A DNA stretch of 64,000 nucleotides from a bacterium (GTDB lineage: Bacteria; Bdellovibrionota_C; UBA2361; CALJRW01), in assembly GCA_031385045.1 (NCBI GenBank), contig JANNBC010000009.1, forward strand, positions 38,427 through 102,426, read 5' to 3'. A program made the position numbers and the translations under genes. Numbering within the stretch: the stretch's first letter is position 1; each line of letters begins with the position of its first letter. Of this stretch, positions 43,853 to 54,742 are shown one piece after another. The notes below the pieces were generated by a model that was given only the letters and a program-made list of their open reading frames with translations, ran no database searches and had not been told where the DNA came from.

Positions 43853-44904
43853 TGTATTTAAAAATAATTAATAAATGTTATTCCTTAGCAGAAATTGCTG
43901 AAACAAGTGGCGCTAATATCTACGGTGATCCTCAAGTCAAAACAATTGGACTTTGCCCCCTCTCCTCCCCAGAAAGCCAAATGCTATGTTTTAGCAAAGG
44001 ACAGAGTATTCGAAAACTAGAAGAAGAATTGCCCGCAGGTAGTATCGCCGGAATTTTTATTTCTAACCAAATTAAGCTAGAAGGCACATTAAATCACAAC
44101 TACCTGCAAGTAGAAGATCCGCAGTTAACATTTATGAACTGTACAGAATTATTTTTTGAAAAAATTATCAGTACAGGTGAAATTGCTGCTAGTGCGATTA
44201 TCTCCCCCTCTGCCCAGCTAGGAGTCAATGTTCAAATCGCTGAACATGTAATTATTGGAGATAATACCGTGATTGGAGATCACACTGTTATTCACCCCAA
44301 CTCGACAATTTATCATAACGTAAAAATTGGGCAGCATTGCCTAATTCACAGTAATGTTGTGATTCGAGAATATTGTGAGCTCGGAAATAAAATTATTATT
44401 CAAAATGGAACAATTATTGGCGCAGATGGGTTTGGATATTTACCAACAAAGCTAGGACTGCAAAATGTACCACAAATTGGCAATGTGATTATTGAGGATT
44501 TTGTTGATATTGGTGCTTGCTCTTGTATCGATCGAGCAACCTCAGGGTCTACCATAATTGGCTTCTCCACAAAAATTGATAACCATGTTCAAATCGGACA
44601 TAACGTTCAAATCGGAAAATTTTGCATTATTTGTGGACAAACTGGAATTGCTGGTAGCTGTGAGATTGGTGACCAAGTTGTTCTTGGTGGCAATGTTAAA
44701 GTAAAAGATCATATTATCATCCCAAGCAACACACGCTTAGGAGGCAATAGCATGGTCAATCAGCAGATTAGAGAAGCAGGAGATTATTCTGGATATCCTG
44801 CGGTGCCTGCAAAAACATGGACCAGAAATTCCGCTACTCTAAAAGACCTAGCTCAAACTATTAAAGAGATTAGAGATGATATCGCGGAGTTAAAAAAACA
44901 CTAG
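43852..44904 (+). CDS. lpxD: UDP-3-O-acylglucosamine N-acyltransferase
   Basis: Hexapeptide repeats, [28 protein letters not shown] coupling to xth. Confidence 0.95.
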   Translation: MYLKIINKCYSLAEIAETSGANIYGDPQVKTIGLCPLSSPESQMLCFSKGQSIRKLEEELPAGSIAGIFISNQIKLEGTLNHNYLQVEDPQLTFMNCTELFFEKIISTGEIAASAIISPSAQLGVNVQIAEHVIIGDNTVIGDHTVIHPNSTIYHNVKIGQHCLIHSNVVIREYCELGNKIIIQNGTIIGADGFGYLPTKLGLQNVPQIGNVIIEDFVDIGACSCIDRATSGSTIIGFSTKIDNHVQIGHNVQIGKFCIICGQTGIAGSCEIGDQVVLGGNVKVKDHIIIPSNTRLGGNSMVNQQIREAGDYSGYPAVPAKTWTRNSATLKDLAQTIKEIRDDIAELKKH

Positions 44905-44920
44905 GGTAAAACTTGCTCAA

Positions 44921-45631
44921 TTAAGATTTCTTCTCAGCAGACTCCAGCCGCTTCTTTGCTTGGGTCACGATAGGCCCAGGTATATTCTTTGATCTGGCAA
45001 TTTTTTTAAGATCCGTGGCATTAATATAACGTAACCATTTAGTAGCCACATCAAGCGGTACTTTCGGATTACAAACAAGTGTGAACTTCATGGCATAGGA
45101 ACTCATCCACATTCGATTATCTGAGATAGTTCTTAGAACTGCTTTTGACATATTGGTGTTCTTGGCGAAATCTTGAATTTCTTTTTCTTGAATTTTGGGA
45201 TTTTTCAAGACACTCATCTGAACCAAACGATTACCATTGCCGATTAAAATAGCCCGACAGGCGGCGTTACCAAACATCCCCATTTTTACTTTTTGAGGCA
45301 ATTTCATTTTGGAAAGTAACACTCGAATATCACTAGATACCTCTTCTTCTGTTTCCTTGAATAACTTTTCTGGAACTTTCTCTTCCCCTTCTTGGGCATA
45401 ACTCAAGATTTCCTTGAGTTCCTCTTCTCCCAAATTACCAAGCGAGCGAAGCGATGTCATAAAGTCAGACATCAACTTAAAAGATGGATCCAAATTCTTG
45501 GCAGGTAATACTTCAGATTGTTCATCCGCACCAAGAAATTCTCCCATCTCCAACAAGTCGCTTTCATCAAAGCCCTCTAATTGTTGAAGTGATTTAAAAA
45601 AATCTTTTAGTTCGTCTGTTTTTTCGCTCAT
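44921..45631 (-). CDS. Hypothetical protein (acidic N-half, helical-repeat-like C-half)
   Basis: ATGA-coupled to coaX; VLKNPK...LVCNPKVP pattern. Confidence 0.75.
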   Translation of the reverse strand: MSEKTDELKDFFKSLQQLEGFDESDLLEMGEFLGADEQSEVLPAKNLDPSFKLMSDFMTSLRSLGNLGEEELKEILSYAQEGEEKVPEKLFKETEEEVSSDIRVLLSKMKLPQKVKMGMFGNAACRAILIGNGNRLVQMSVLKNPKIQEKEIQDFAKNTNMSKAVLRTISDNRMWMSSYAMKFTLVCNPKVPLDVATKWLRYINATDLKKIARSKNIPGPIVTQAKKRLESAEKKS

Positions 45632-46404
45632 TTATTCAAATCACCTAAAATCTTAATGCCTTTTAAGGTTAAGTTAGGATCAACAATTGTTGGATGAGAG
45701 ATCTCTTCAGCAAATAGGGACCCAAGGCCCCCGGTAACTAAAATTCGAGAGTTTGATTCAGCCTCTTTTTTTAAAAATCTAGAGATTAAACCTTCAATCA
45801 TGGCACTCCAGCCATAATAAATCCCTGATTGCACAGCTTCTTTGGTAAATTGTCCAATTATATTTGGTGGACGTCCTAACTCAATCTCGGGAAGATGCGG
45901 ACAATATATTCTTAAGGCTGACACTCCCGTAATTGGACCTGGTGTGATCGCCCCGCCCATAAACTCACCTCGCTGATTCAAATAATCAACAGTGATGGCA
46001 GTTCCAATATCAACGATAATTACTGGGCCATGATACTCAGCCTGTGCCGCAACAGCATTGGCAATTCGGTCAATTCCTAAGGTCTGAGGGTTTTCCACCA
46101 TCAGATCAATATTCATATTGCTTTGCCAACTTAAAAATTGGGGATCAATTTTAAAATAATTTTTTAGGACTATATTTAAGTTGTCATTAACTTTTTGATT
46201 AACGCTGGCAATTACTAAGCGATCGGGTACATAATCTTGGGATAAGTTATAATATAGCTTATCGCGCAGACTTTCTGATATTTCCTGTTCCACTTTTTCC
46301 TGATCAAGGAAATGCTCTGAATTAATATGAAAAATTGCTTTTAAATTCTTATTTTCAAATAGTCCGAAGCTAGCCCTGCTTGTACCAATATCAGCTACTA
46401 ACAT
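45628..46404 (-). CDS. coaX: Type III pantothenate kinase
   Basis: DIGTS, LGIDR, VDIGTAIT, GGAITPG, VTGG. Confidence 0.93.
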   Translation of the reverse strand: MLVADIGTSRASFGLFENKNLKAIFHINSEHFLDQEKVEQEISESLRDKLYYNLSQDYVPDRLVIASVNQKVNDNLNIVLKNYFKIDPQFLSWQSNMNIDLMVENPQTLGIDRIANAVAAQAEYHGPVIIVDIGTAITVDYLNQRGEFMGGAITPGPITGVSALRIYCPHLPEIELGRPPNIIGQFTKEAVQSGIYYGWSAMIEGLISRFLKKEAESNSRILVTGGLGSLFAEEISHPTIVDPNLTLKGIKILGDLNK

Positions 46405-47164
46405 ATCTAACCTTACTTATTTCTAACGAAGTAAAAGACTGATCTTCATTATTAATGTTAACTAAAATTCGGCCTTGCTGATCCACTCCACCATATCTCC
46501 CATGAATTTTCTCTTGATTCCAATTTGCTTCAATCTCTGAACCAAGTGGAAAGGAAAAGTTATTCCAACGTTCCTGAAAAGCAGAAAACCCAAATTCTTG
46601 AAAAGTTTTTAAAATGGCAGGGAGCTCTAGAGCCAGTTTACTAGCAAGATCGCAGGGATGATAGGCTATTCCTATTGCTTCGTAAAGACTGGCACTATCT
46701 AGTCCAGGTATTTTTGACTCTAAATTCATTCCAACGCCAATTGATAGAAAATTTTGATTCTTGTGTTGATATTGCTCGACAAGAATTCCTGCAATTTTTT
46801 GCCCATTTTTAGTTAAGATATCGTTTGGCCATTTAATCATCAATTTTTTTTGTCGGTCAGCGATTGACTCAATTAATAAAAGTCCTACGACCAAAGGAAA
46901 AGCGGTGTAACTGATTTGACCATCCACTGGTAAAATAAAAGTAACAGCTAATGCGCCACTAGTAGTTTGCCACTGATTCCCCAAACGTCCTCTAGCCAGC
47001 CTTTGGGCTTGCGCAATAACCAAAAGATTTTGTTTTACTTTTTGGTTAAGCAGTAGTTTTGCCTGATCCATCGTAGAATCAAGACGGTCGTAGCAATAGA
47101 AATCCCAATCACTCTCGCTGAGCGTTAGACTTAATTCTCTTTCCCAAGAAACAATATTATGCAA
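46391..47164 (-). CDS. birA: Biotin--protein ligase (no HTH domain)
   Basis: STMD, Q..ARGR.G..W, KWPND, KIAGILVE, GVGMN. Confidence 0.92.
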   Translation of the reverse strand: MHNIVSWERELSLTLSESDWDFYCYDRLDSTMDQAKLLLNQKVKQNLLVIAQAQRLARGRLGNQWQTTSGALAVTFILPVDGQISYTAFPLVVGLLLIESIADRQKKLMIKWPNDILTKNGQKIAGILVEQYQHKNQNFLSIGVGMNLESKIPGLDSASLYEAIGIAYHPCDLASKLALELPAILKTFQEFGFSAFQERWNNFSFPLGSEIEANWNQEKIHGRYGGVDQQGRILVNINNEDQSFTSLEISKVRYVSS

Positions 47165-47200
47165 ATTATTAACCTAAATTTTATGTATGAATTATGCGGG

Positions 47201-48262
47201 CTAGACCTTACTTAATAACCAACCATGAAAGTAACGGAAAAGCACTCTAACGATTGCAGCCCCAGGAACTGCTAAGAAAATCCCTAAAAGTCCAAAGAGC
47301 TTACCCCCTGCAAAAATAGCGATAATAACTGTGACGGGAGAAAGGCCTGTTTTCTCACCAATTATTTTAGGTGTGATAAAAATCCCCTCTAAGAACTGTA
47401 CTCCAGCAAAAACTCCCCAGACATAAAACAAGTGATGAGTATCACCAAATGTGATTAAAGCCATGAGACTAGCCAAAATAATCCCAACAACACTTCCAAG
47501 GTATGGAATTAAGTTACCAAAGCCAGCAATCACAGCAAGTAAAAACCAAAGATCTACACCAACAAATCCTAAGCCAACTGCGTAAAGTATAAATAAACAA
47601 AAACAAATCAGAATTTGCCCGCGAATAAATCCAGAAACAAATGTATCTATTTCTCCAACAATCGCTTGAACTGTCTTCCGTTGTTTTTGGGGGAAGATCT
47701 TATAAAAAAGAACTGGGTAGTCCTTAAAATTCATGGAAATATAAAAAATCATGAATGGTAAAAGCGCTAAATTCACTAACGCCAGAGTAATTGAATACCC
47801 TTGTAAGATTGTACTCTGCACGCGACTGAAAATTTCAGGCAGAATATCTTTAGCTAAATTAGGCAAAGACTCAGTGGCTTTATTTTGGATATCCGCTCCA
47901 AACTTTTCTAATATCTTTTGATATAAAGGATCGATTCTTAACCTTGCTACTTCCAAATAATGGGGGAAATTATCCATCAATTGCCAGAACTCTTTTTGAA
48001 GGACTGGAAAGACCGTAACAAAAAGTAAGGCAAATAAAATTAGCGTAACTCCAACAATTATAAAAAATCCAATGGGACGAGAAATTTTATTCTCTTCTAA
48101 TCGAATTAAAATTGGCTCAATTAAATAGGCAACAATAAAAGAAATCACTACTAAAAAGACAATTTCCCGTAACTCACTAACCAACCAGAAAATCAAGGCC
48201 GTTACCAGTAGAACTAGAATCCATAAAGGTGGAAGGATATTTTCTTTTATCGAGGATTTCAT
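47201..48262 (-). CDS. AI-2E family transporter (PerM-like)
   Basis: GFIRGQ, IPYLG, Q.LEG.FITPKIIG, GG.LFG.LG.FLAVP. Confidence 0.9.
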   Translation of the reverse strand: MKSSIKENILPPLWILVLLVTALIFWLVSELREIVFLVVISFIVAYLIEPILIRLEENKISRPIGFFIIVGVTLILFALLFVTVFPVLQKEFWQLMDNFPHYLEVARLRIDPLYQKILEKFGADIQNKATESLPNLAKDILPEIFSRVQSTILQGYSITLALVNLALLPFMIFYISMNFKDYPVLFYKIFPQKQRKTVQAIVGEIDTFVSGFIRGQILICFCLFILYAVGLGFVGVDLWFLLAVIAGFGNLIPYLGSVVGIILASLMALITFGDTHHLFYVWGVFAGVQFLEGIFITPKIIGEKTGLSPVTVIIAIFAGGKLFGLLGIFLAVPGAAIVRVLFRYFHGWLLSKV

Positions 48263-48368
48263 GAGAAATATTTTAATAAATTGATCAGGTGTTTAGAGAC
48301 CTAGTTAACATAGTTTCTAGATTTTTTGAATGACCAAATTTTTCCGATGGATCCTAAAGTTTAATAAA

Positions 48369-51300
48369 CTATAGAAAATTAAGCACAGGTCTTCCAAATA
48401 ATTGCTCAATTTGTTCACATAACTCCTCAGACGGCCTAACAGAAATTGGCACATTACGACCATCCTTTAGGATAAACTGAATTTGCTCATCTTGGAAATC
48501 AAATTTTACTTTTAAAGGAACTTCTCCGCGGTATTTATTAATAATACTTAAAAGTTCTTCTTTTCGTTCAGTTAATTGGTCAGCTTGCCTAAATACTAAC
48601 ACTCCCTGGGTCGCCCTTCGATCCCGAAGTTCAATTAATGATTCTAAATTTTCAATTACAAAAGTTGAGCGCTCGTCTCCAACATCAATTCGACCAGTAG
48701 CGATTACTGGAGCAGAGCCTTCTAACAGCTCCCCAACTTTTAAATAGGTATCAGGCCAAACTAAAGACTCAATTGTACCTGACATATCCTCAAACACTAA
48801 ACTAGCATAACGAGTTCCCTTTTTAGTATTCTTAAGCTTTAAGGCTGTAACCACTCCACCAATTCGAACCTTGGCACTAGCATTATTATCCTTAACTTCA
48901 CTAATCGATTTAGTTCCTAAGGCCTTCAGGTAATTGTAAAACTTTTCAATTGGGTGACCAGAAAGATAAAATCCTAAGGCATCTCGTTCATTAGAAAGCT
49001 TCTGGTTAATTGGCCACTCGGGACGATTTGTATTCCGAACTGGCACTGTCCGACTCATGACTTCTGCTGAGAAAAGACTAATCTGATTAGTATCTTGCTC
49101 CTTCTGTAAGTTTTGAGCAGCTTTCATGACTGGCTCTAAGCGTTCCATTAATTCATTCCGACTAAGACCCGAAAAATCAAAAGCTCCGGAACGAATCAAA
49201 TTCTCCATTACCCTTTTATTTAAAGCTTGGATCTCTACTCGGCTCACTAAATCTTCTAAGCCTTCAAATGGTCCACCTTCAACTCGAGCTTTAACAATGG
49301 CATCAACAGCTTTATCACCAACGCCTTTTACTGCCGACATTCCAAATCGAATTACTCGCTCTTCTACCGAGAAGTCAGCAAAACTTTTGTTAACATCAGG
49401 AGGTAAAACTTTAATCTGATGACGACGGCACTCATTCATGTTCTTTAAAACTTTATCACTATCATCCATCTCATGGGACATTAATGCCGCCATAAATTCT
49501 ACCGGATAGTGTGCCCGTAAATAAGCAGTTTGATAAGAAATCATGGCGTAGGCCGCCGAGTGACTTCGGTTAAATCCATATCGAGCAAAAGTTTCCATTT
49601 GATCAAAGATTTCTGCAGCGAGGCGATCATTAATCGTGTTTTTCTTTGCTCCTTCTAGAAAACGATTCCTTTGCTTAGCCATCTCCGCTGGATCTTTTTT
49701 ACCCATGGCTCGTCGCAGTAAATCGGCCTCTCCTAGACTATAACCAGAAAGCACTTGGGCAAGTTGCATAATCTGTTCCTGATAAACAATGATTCCATAA
49801 GTATCACTAAGTGTCAGCTTCATGTCGGGATGCAAGTACTCTACTTGAGCTCGTCCGTGTTTACGATTAATATAATGATCCACCATCCCAGCATCTAAGG
49901 GTCCAGGTCGATAAAGTGCGAGAATTGCCACCAAGTCATTAAAGCAGCTTGGCTTTAATCGCATGGTCATATCCGTAATACCTGATGATTCTAACTGAAA
50001 GACACCTGTAGTGTTTCCAGCACATAACATAGAATAAGTTTTGCTATCATCAAGTCTTAGATTATTTGGATCAAGCAACAAACCTTGCGATGCTTTAATT
50101 AACTTTACTGCCGTATTAATTACGGTTAAGGTTTTAAGACCTAGGAAATCGAATTTTACCAGTCCAATTTTCTCCACATATTTCATGGAGTACTGCGTCA
50201 CATCCTTACCATCTTTATCAACCATCATTGGAAGCATTTCATCTAGTGGACGATCACCAATCACAACACCAGCAGCATGGGTTGAGGTGTGACGGTTAAG
50301 ACCTTCTAGCTTCAGAGCTAATTCAATTAAGTCCTTCCCCTGTCCTTTAGCATATTCAGCTAATCGAGGTTCCATTTTAATTGCTTCGCTTAAAGGATAA
50401 TCAAATCCTTGGCGCGGTGCAGGAACTAACTGAGCAATGCGATCTGTTTCTGCGTATGACATACCTAAAGCACGTCCCACGTCCTTAATAGCAGCTTTGG
50501 CTTTTAATGTTCCAAAAGTAGCAATCTGAGCAACTTTGTCGGCACCATATTTATCAACAACATATTTAATCACTCGGTCACGCCCGGTGATACAGAAGTC
50601 CACGTCGATATCGGGCATGGAAATACGTTCTGGATTTAAGAATCTTTCAAAGAGTAATTTATGAATTATTGGATCTACTTCTGTAATTCTTAGGGCATAG
50701 GCAACTAATGACCCCGCAGCACTACCTCGACCGGGACCTACAGGAACATCTTGCTCTTTCGCCCAGTTAATAAAATCAGCTACGACTAGAAAGTACCCGG
50801 CAAATCCCATCTTGATCAGAATTTGCAATTCTAATTCTAATCGATCGCGATATTCTTGTTCAGAATTAGCATCCCATTCTCCGCGATCTTTAATTTGTTG
50901 AAACCTTGATTCTAAACCATCCCGCGATAAGTTTTCTAATTCTTGATCAAGAGTTTTCTCGGGAGGCAACTCATAGCGAGGCATGTAATAAGTATTAAAA
51001 TCGAATTTTAAATCACAACGATCGGCAATCATTACCGTATTTTTAATTGCTTCTTCGGCGTAACGATTATTCACCCCAAACTCCTGCTTCATTTCCTGAT
51101 AGTTTTTTAAGTGGAGATGAACACCTTCATGTCTAATCCGATCAGGATCTGTAATCTGCCTACCAGTAGAGACACACATCAATACTTCTTGAGCATAATG
51201 ATCTGTGGCCTCGGGATAATGGCAATCAGTTGTTGCAACCATGGCAATCCCAACTTCTTTCGCATAATCAGCTAAGACTTTGTTCATGTTCTGCTGCAAA

Positions 51301-51845
51301 GCAATTTGGTGTGGTTGGACTTCTAAAAAATAATCTTCTTTAAAGATCGACGAGTAGAACTGAATTCGTTGCTTCAATTCGCGATCCTGTTCTAAGGTAA
51401 TTAAATTTCCAAGCTCACTATTTAAACAACCACTTAGAACAATTAACCCTTCCGAGTAGCGAGCTAAAATTTCATGATCAATTCGGGGTTTAAAATAAAA
51501 ACCTTCCTTGTAAGCTAAGCTGATTAACTTACACAGATTGGTATAGCCTTGGTTATTCTTGGCAACTACGGTTAAATGATTAATCGCTTCCCCACCTTGG
51601 GCCTTGGAAACTCGTTCATGGCGGGAGCCGGCAGTAATATAGAATTCACAACCAATGATTGGCTTAATCTTATGATCTTTACAGGCACTATAAAATTCTA
51701 GGGCACCATGCATATTACCGTGATCAGTAATGGCGATTGCTGGCTGACCAAGCTTGGCAGCTTTTTCCACGATATTAGGTAGTTTGTTTACACCATCTAG
51801 AAGACTATATTGAGTATGTAAATGTAGGTGGACAAATTGAGACAC
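48369..51845 (-). CDS. dnaE: DNA polymerase III alpha subunit
   Basis: HLHLHTQYSLLDG PHP domain, GPGRGSAAGS, PDIDVDF, YGFNRSH; ordinary length, no intein seen. Confidence 0.99.
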   Translation of the reverse strand: MSQFVHLHLHTQYSLLDGVNKLPNIVEKAAKLGQPAIAITDHGNMHGALEFYSACKDHKIKPIIGCEFYITAGSRHERVSKAQGGEAINHLTVVAKNNQGYTNLCKLISLAYKEGFYFKPRIDHEILARYSEGLIVLSGCLNSELGNLITLEQDRELKQRIQFYSSIFKEDYFLEVQPHQIALQQNMNKVLADYAKEVGIAMVATTDCHYPEATDHYAQEVLMCVSTGRQITDPDRIRHEGVHLHLKNYQEMKQEFGVNNRYAEEAIKNTVMIADRCDLKFDFNTYYMPRYELPPEKTLDQELENLSRDGLESRFQQIKDRGEWDANSEQEYRDRLELELQILIKMGFAGYFLVVADFINWAKEQDVPVGPGRGSAAGSLVAYALRITEVDPIIHKLLFERFLNPERISMPDIDVDFCITGRDRVIKYVVDKYGADKVAQIATFGTLKAKAAIKDVGRALGMSYAETDRIAQLVPAPRQGFDYPLSEAIKMEPRLAEYAKGQGKDLIELALKLEGLNRHTSTHAAGVVIGDRPLDEMLPMMVDKDGKDVTQYSMKYVEKIGLVKFDFLGLKTLTVINTAVKLIKASQGLLLDPNNLRLDDSKTYSMLCAGNTTGVFQLESSGITDMTMRLKPSCFNDLVAILALYRPGPLDAGMVDHYINRKHGRAQVEYLHPDMKLTLSDTYGIIVYQEQIMQLAQVLSGYSLGEADLLRRAMGKKDPAEMAKQRNRFLEGAKKNTINDRLAAEIFDQMETFARYGFNRSHSAAYAMISYQTAYLRAHYPVEFMAALMSHEMDDSDKVLKNMNECRRHQIKVLPPDVNKSFADFSVEERVIRFGMSAVKGVGDKAVDAIVKARVEGGPFEGLEDLVSRVEIQALNKRVMENLIRSGAFDFSGLSRNELMERLEPVMKAAQNLQKEQDTNQISLFSAEVMSRTVPVRNTNRPEWPINQKLSNERDALGFYLSGHPIEKFYNYLKALGTKSISEVKDNNASAKVRIGGVVTALKLKNTKKGTRYASLVFEDMSGTIESLVWPDTYLKVGELLEGSAPVIATGRIDVGDERSTFVIENLESLIELRDRRATQGVLVFRQADQLTERKEELLSIINKYRGEVPLKVKFDFQDEQIQFILKDGRNVPISVRPSEELCEQIEQLFGRPVLNFL

Positions 51846-51999
51846 GGGAAATATATTGTTTTAAGAAAATACTGCTATCGCCTTTTTAAGCATTTAACCA
51901 AAAAAGCAACACTAGAATATTTTTTAGCTCATTGATTGTCAAACGTTTATCCAAAATATTATTCGGACTAAGCTCTCAAGTAATTTATAGCCACACCCT

Positions 52000-52428
52000 A
52001 TGCCTAATTCGATTGACCCTCAAATTATTGAACTAATCCAGAACGATAGCGAAGATTCATTGAGTCAGCATCTGGGAATCAAATTTATTACACTGCAAAA
52101 AGATTGTGTACAAGCAACAATGCCTGTGGATCAAAGAACAAAACAAAGATTTGGGATCCTACACGGTGGAGCATCTGTTGCTTTAGCCGAAACCGTCGCA
52201 TCTGTTGCTGGATGGCTAAATATCGATTTTCAAAAGGAAGCTGTTGTTGGCCTAGAAATTAATGCTAACCACCTGCGCTCTGTGCGCACTGGGCTAGTAA
52301 CGGCCACCGCGACTCCCATTAAACTTGGTAAACTAATTCATGTTTGGAATATTGAAATTAAAAATGAGCTAAATGAACTTACCTGCATTTCAAGATGTAC
52401 CCTTGCTGTTATTGATAAGATTAAATAA
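52000..52428 (+). CDS. Hotdog-fold thioesterase, probable DHNA-CoA hydrolase (MenI-like)
   Basis: Q.FGILHGGASVALAET, GLEINANH; adjacent to menA. Confidence 0.85.
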   Translation: MPNSIDPQIIELIQNDSEDSLSQHLGIKFITLQKDCVQATMPVDQRTKQRFGILHGGASVALAETVASVAGWLNIDFQKEAVVGLEINANHLRSVRTGLVTATATPIKLGKLIHVWNIEIKNELNELTCISRCTLAVIDKIK

Positions 52429-53349
52429 GTGATTAAAGCCTTCTATTATCTTTTTTTAGCCTGTAGACCTCTGACCCTAGTAGTTGCCACGCTACCGGTA
52501 ATCCTCGGAATGGCTCTAGCCGTTAGCCAAAATTTATTTGATCTGCCAGCAGATCTACTGATTAGTATTAATACTCTAGTAGTAGCAAGTCTCATCCAAA
52601 TTATTTCTAATTTAGCCAATGATTATTTTGACTTTAAGCAAGGCAGTGATCAAAAACTGACTAACCGCTTAAAAGTCCTTCCAGCTAAACTTGTTCCTCC
52701 CAAATTTTTCTTGGTTTTTTTATTAAATATTTGCTTTCTAACGATTATTTTAGCAGTACCCCTAATCTTGATTGGCGGAAAACCAATTTTATTTATTGGT
52801 ATTCCAGCAATAATTTTTGCCTTTCTCTATTCAGCTACTAAATTTTCGCTAGCCAACAACTATCTCTCTGAATTATTTATCTTCCTCTACTTTGGGCCAA
52901 TTGCCACAGCAGGAACTTTTTATCTGCTGACAACATTCTGGACCTTACCGGCATTAGGGATTGGGATTTGTTCAGGCTTATTAGGAATTGCCCTCTTACA
53001 AGTTAATAACCTAAGAGACTATCAAAGCGATCTATTAAATGGACGTAAAAATTTAGTAACTAAATTTGGTCAAGAGACTGGCTTAGTGATCTTACGATCT
53101 CTCTACCTGATTGCTCCAATTAGTTTACTATTCCTCGGCATGCCTAAATATTTAATTTGCATTATTCCACTGGGATTAATCTATGCCTTCTATTTAATTA
53201 CACTAACAAAAAGAGCGAGCATTAATTTTAAATTATTATTCCTAAATACTATCGGGCTAATTTTCCTACTAGAGATTACGGGACTAGTCTTAATGGGACT
53301 AGAATTAATTCACAATTACCCGAACCTGATTAATCCTGTTATCAGATAG
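52429..53349 (+). CDS. menA: 1,4-dihydroxy-2-naphthoate prenyltransferase
   Basis: RPLTL, NLANDYFD..G.D, NNLRD...D...GRK. Confidence 0.9.
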   Translation: MIKAFYYLFLACRPLTLVVATLPVILGMALAVSQNLFDLPADLLISINTLVVASLIQIISNLANDYFDFKQGSDQKLTNRLKVLPAKLVPPKFFLVFLLNICFLTIILAVPLILIGGKPILFIGIPAIIFAFLYSATKFSLANNYLSELFIFLYFGPIATAGTFYLLTTFWTLPALGIGICSGLLGIALLQVNNLRDYQSDLLNGRKNLVTKFGQETGLVILRSLYLIAPISLLFLGMPKYLICIIPLGLIYAFYLITLTKRASINFKLLFLNTIGLIFLLEITGLVLMGLELIHNYPNLINPVIR

Positions 53350-54594
53350 ACCCTCAATAATCAGCTTGAATCCATTATAGACTAAGGATTCTCCTTGGTT
53401 AGGAATTTTGCCTAATTGATGGATAATAAATCCAGCGATAGTATCATAGTCACCTTCGGGAAGTTTCAAATCATATTCTTCATTTAGATCATCAACTAGT
53501 GCCCCACCATCAACAATTAAATCACCAGAAAGTGTCTGTTTAAAATCAGGCTCTTCTTCATAATCTGATTCATCAAAAATATCACCAACAATTTCTTCTA
53601 GCACATCTTCCATGGTGATAATCCCATCTACTCCACCATGCTCGTCAACCACAACAGCAATATGCGCCTTCTCTGTTCTAAATTTTGTTAATAATTCTAG
53701 TAGGTCTAAACTTCCTGGAATAAAAAGTACTGGCCGAATCAATTTAGCAACTTTTTGAATATTAACTTCTTGGCCGATAAGCGGTACGAGATCACGAACG
53801 AGCAAAAAGCCCTTCACCTGATCTAAAGTATCTCCAATAACTAAGATTCGAGAATATTCCGAATCAATCACCTCTTTAATCACTTCTTCAATCGAATCAT
53901 TTAAAGAAATTGAGATAATATCTTGGCGCGGAGTCATGACTTGATCGACTTCCGTCTCTGATAAATCTACCACCCCTTTTAGCATGGCCAATTCATCCTG
54001 ACTTTCTTCTGTATCTTCCGAAAAATCTACTAACTCAACTATGTCTTCCATCGTAACACTTTGTTGACTCTCCACAGGATTTGCCAAAGAGAACTTCCCT
54101 GAGAAAATCCCTCCTAAATAATCCGCTAGGTAGGCTAAGGGATAAAAAATATAGATAAAGGGAGTAATAAAAGGAGCGATTGCACAGAGTGAGCGCTCGG
54201 GAACTGCATAAGATATCGACCAAGCAATTTGCACCAAAACTAAAGCTGCTATTAAACAAATAGCAACCAAAATTATTCCAAACGTAATATTACTAATCTC
54301 GGAGTTAGGGAATAACTCACCTAAGATGTTCCCTTGAAATACTTCCAAGATCACAAAAGCTAAAAGAAAGAAGGAGAAGAATCTCCAAGCCTGTGCTGAT
54401 AAGGTATTAATTGAGGCCGATTGTAATAATTTTACTGCTGATTGCTTCCCAAATTTAACAGCAAAATCTTCGGCAATAATCTTCTTTAAACGAGCATTTC
54501 GTAAGGTTGAAGAAACCAAGACAAACACGGCGTGCATTAAAAGTAATAACGGAAGAATTAATAGGAGAACAAGTCCCGAGGCACTATCAGACAT
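53305..54594 (-). CDS. Hemolysin/CNNM-family CBS-domain membrane protein
   Basis: TM N-domain, VMTPR, VVDEHGG..GIITMEDVLEEIVGDI, CorC C-domain. Confidence 0.9.
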   Translation of the reverse strand: MSDSASGLVLLLILPLLLLMHAVFVLVSSTLRNARLKKIIAEDFAVKFGKQSAVKLLQSASINTLSAQAWRFFSFFLLAFVILEVFQGNILGELFPNSEISNITFGIILVAICLIAALVLVQIAWSISYAVPERSLCAIAPFITPFIYIFYPLAYLADYLGGIFSGKFSLANPVESQQSVTMEDIVELVDFSEDTEESQDELAMLKGVVDLSETEVDQVMTPRQDIISISLNDSIEEVIKEVIDSEYSRILVIGDTLDQVKGFLLVRDLVPLIGQEVNIQKVAKLIRPVLFIPGSLDLLELLTKFRTEKAHIAVVVDEHGGVDGIITMEDVLEEIVGDIFDESDYEEEPDFKQTLSGDLIVDGGALVDDLNEEYDLKLPEGDYDTIAGFIIHQLGKIPNQGESLVYNGFKLIIEGLSDNRINQVRVIVN

Positions 54595-54690
54595 TACTTG
54601 ATTTGATTAAGAAAAACTGAAAAGTTAATTTTGATGTGAGGGTCAGGATCCATATGATTTATCAACTAATTTTGCTTGTAATGGATGAAA

Positions 54691-54719
54691 TTGTCAATAA
54701 AAAACCATGGTCATAGAAT
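54691..54719 (+). promoter_or_regulatory. Sigma70-type promoter of the Fe-S oxidoreductase gene
   Basis: TTGTCA-17 nt-TAGAAT; implies start at ATG 54743. Confidence 0.6.
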
Positions 54720-54742
54720 GCTTATTAAGTAATAATAGTTTA

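Noticed and set aside
48369..51845. Intein in dnaE
   Set aside because: Ordinary length and contiguous motifs
53305..53349. 45-nt convergent overlap of menA and the CBS-domain gene
   Set aside because: Most simply stop-codon drift; nothing indicates function
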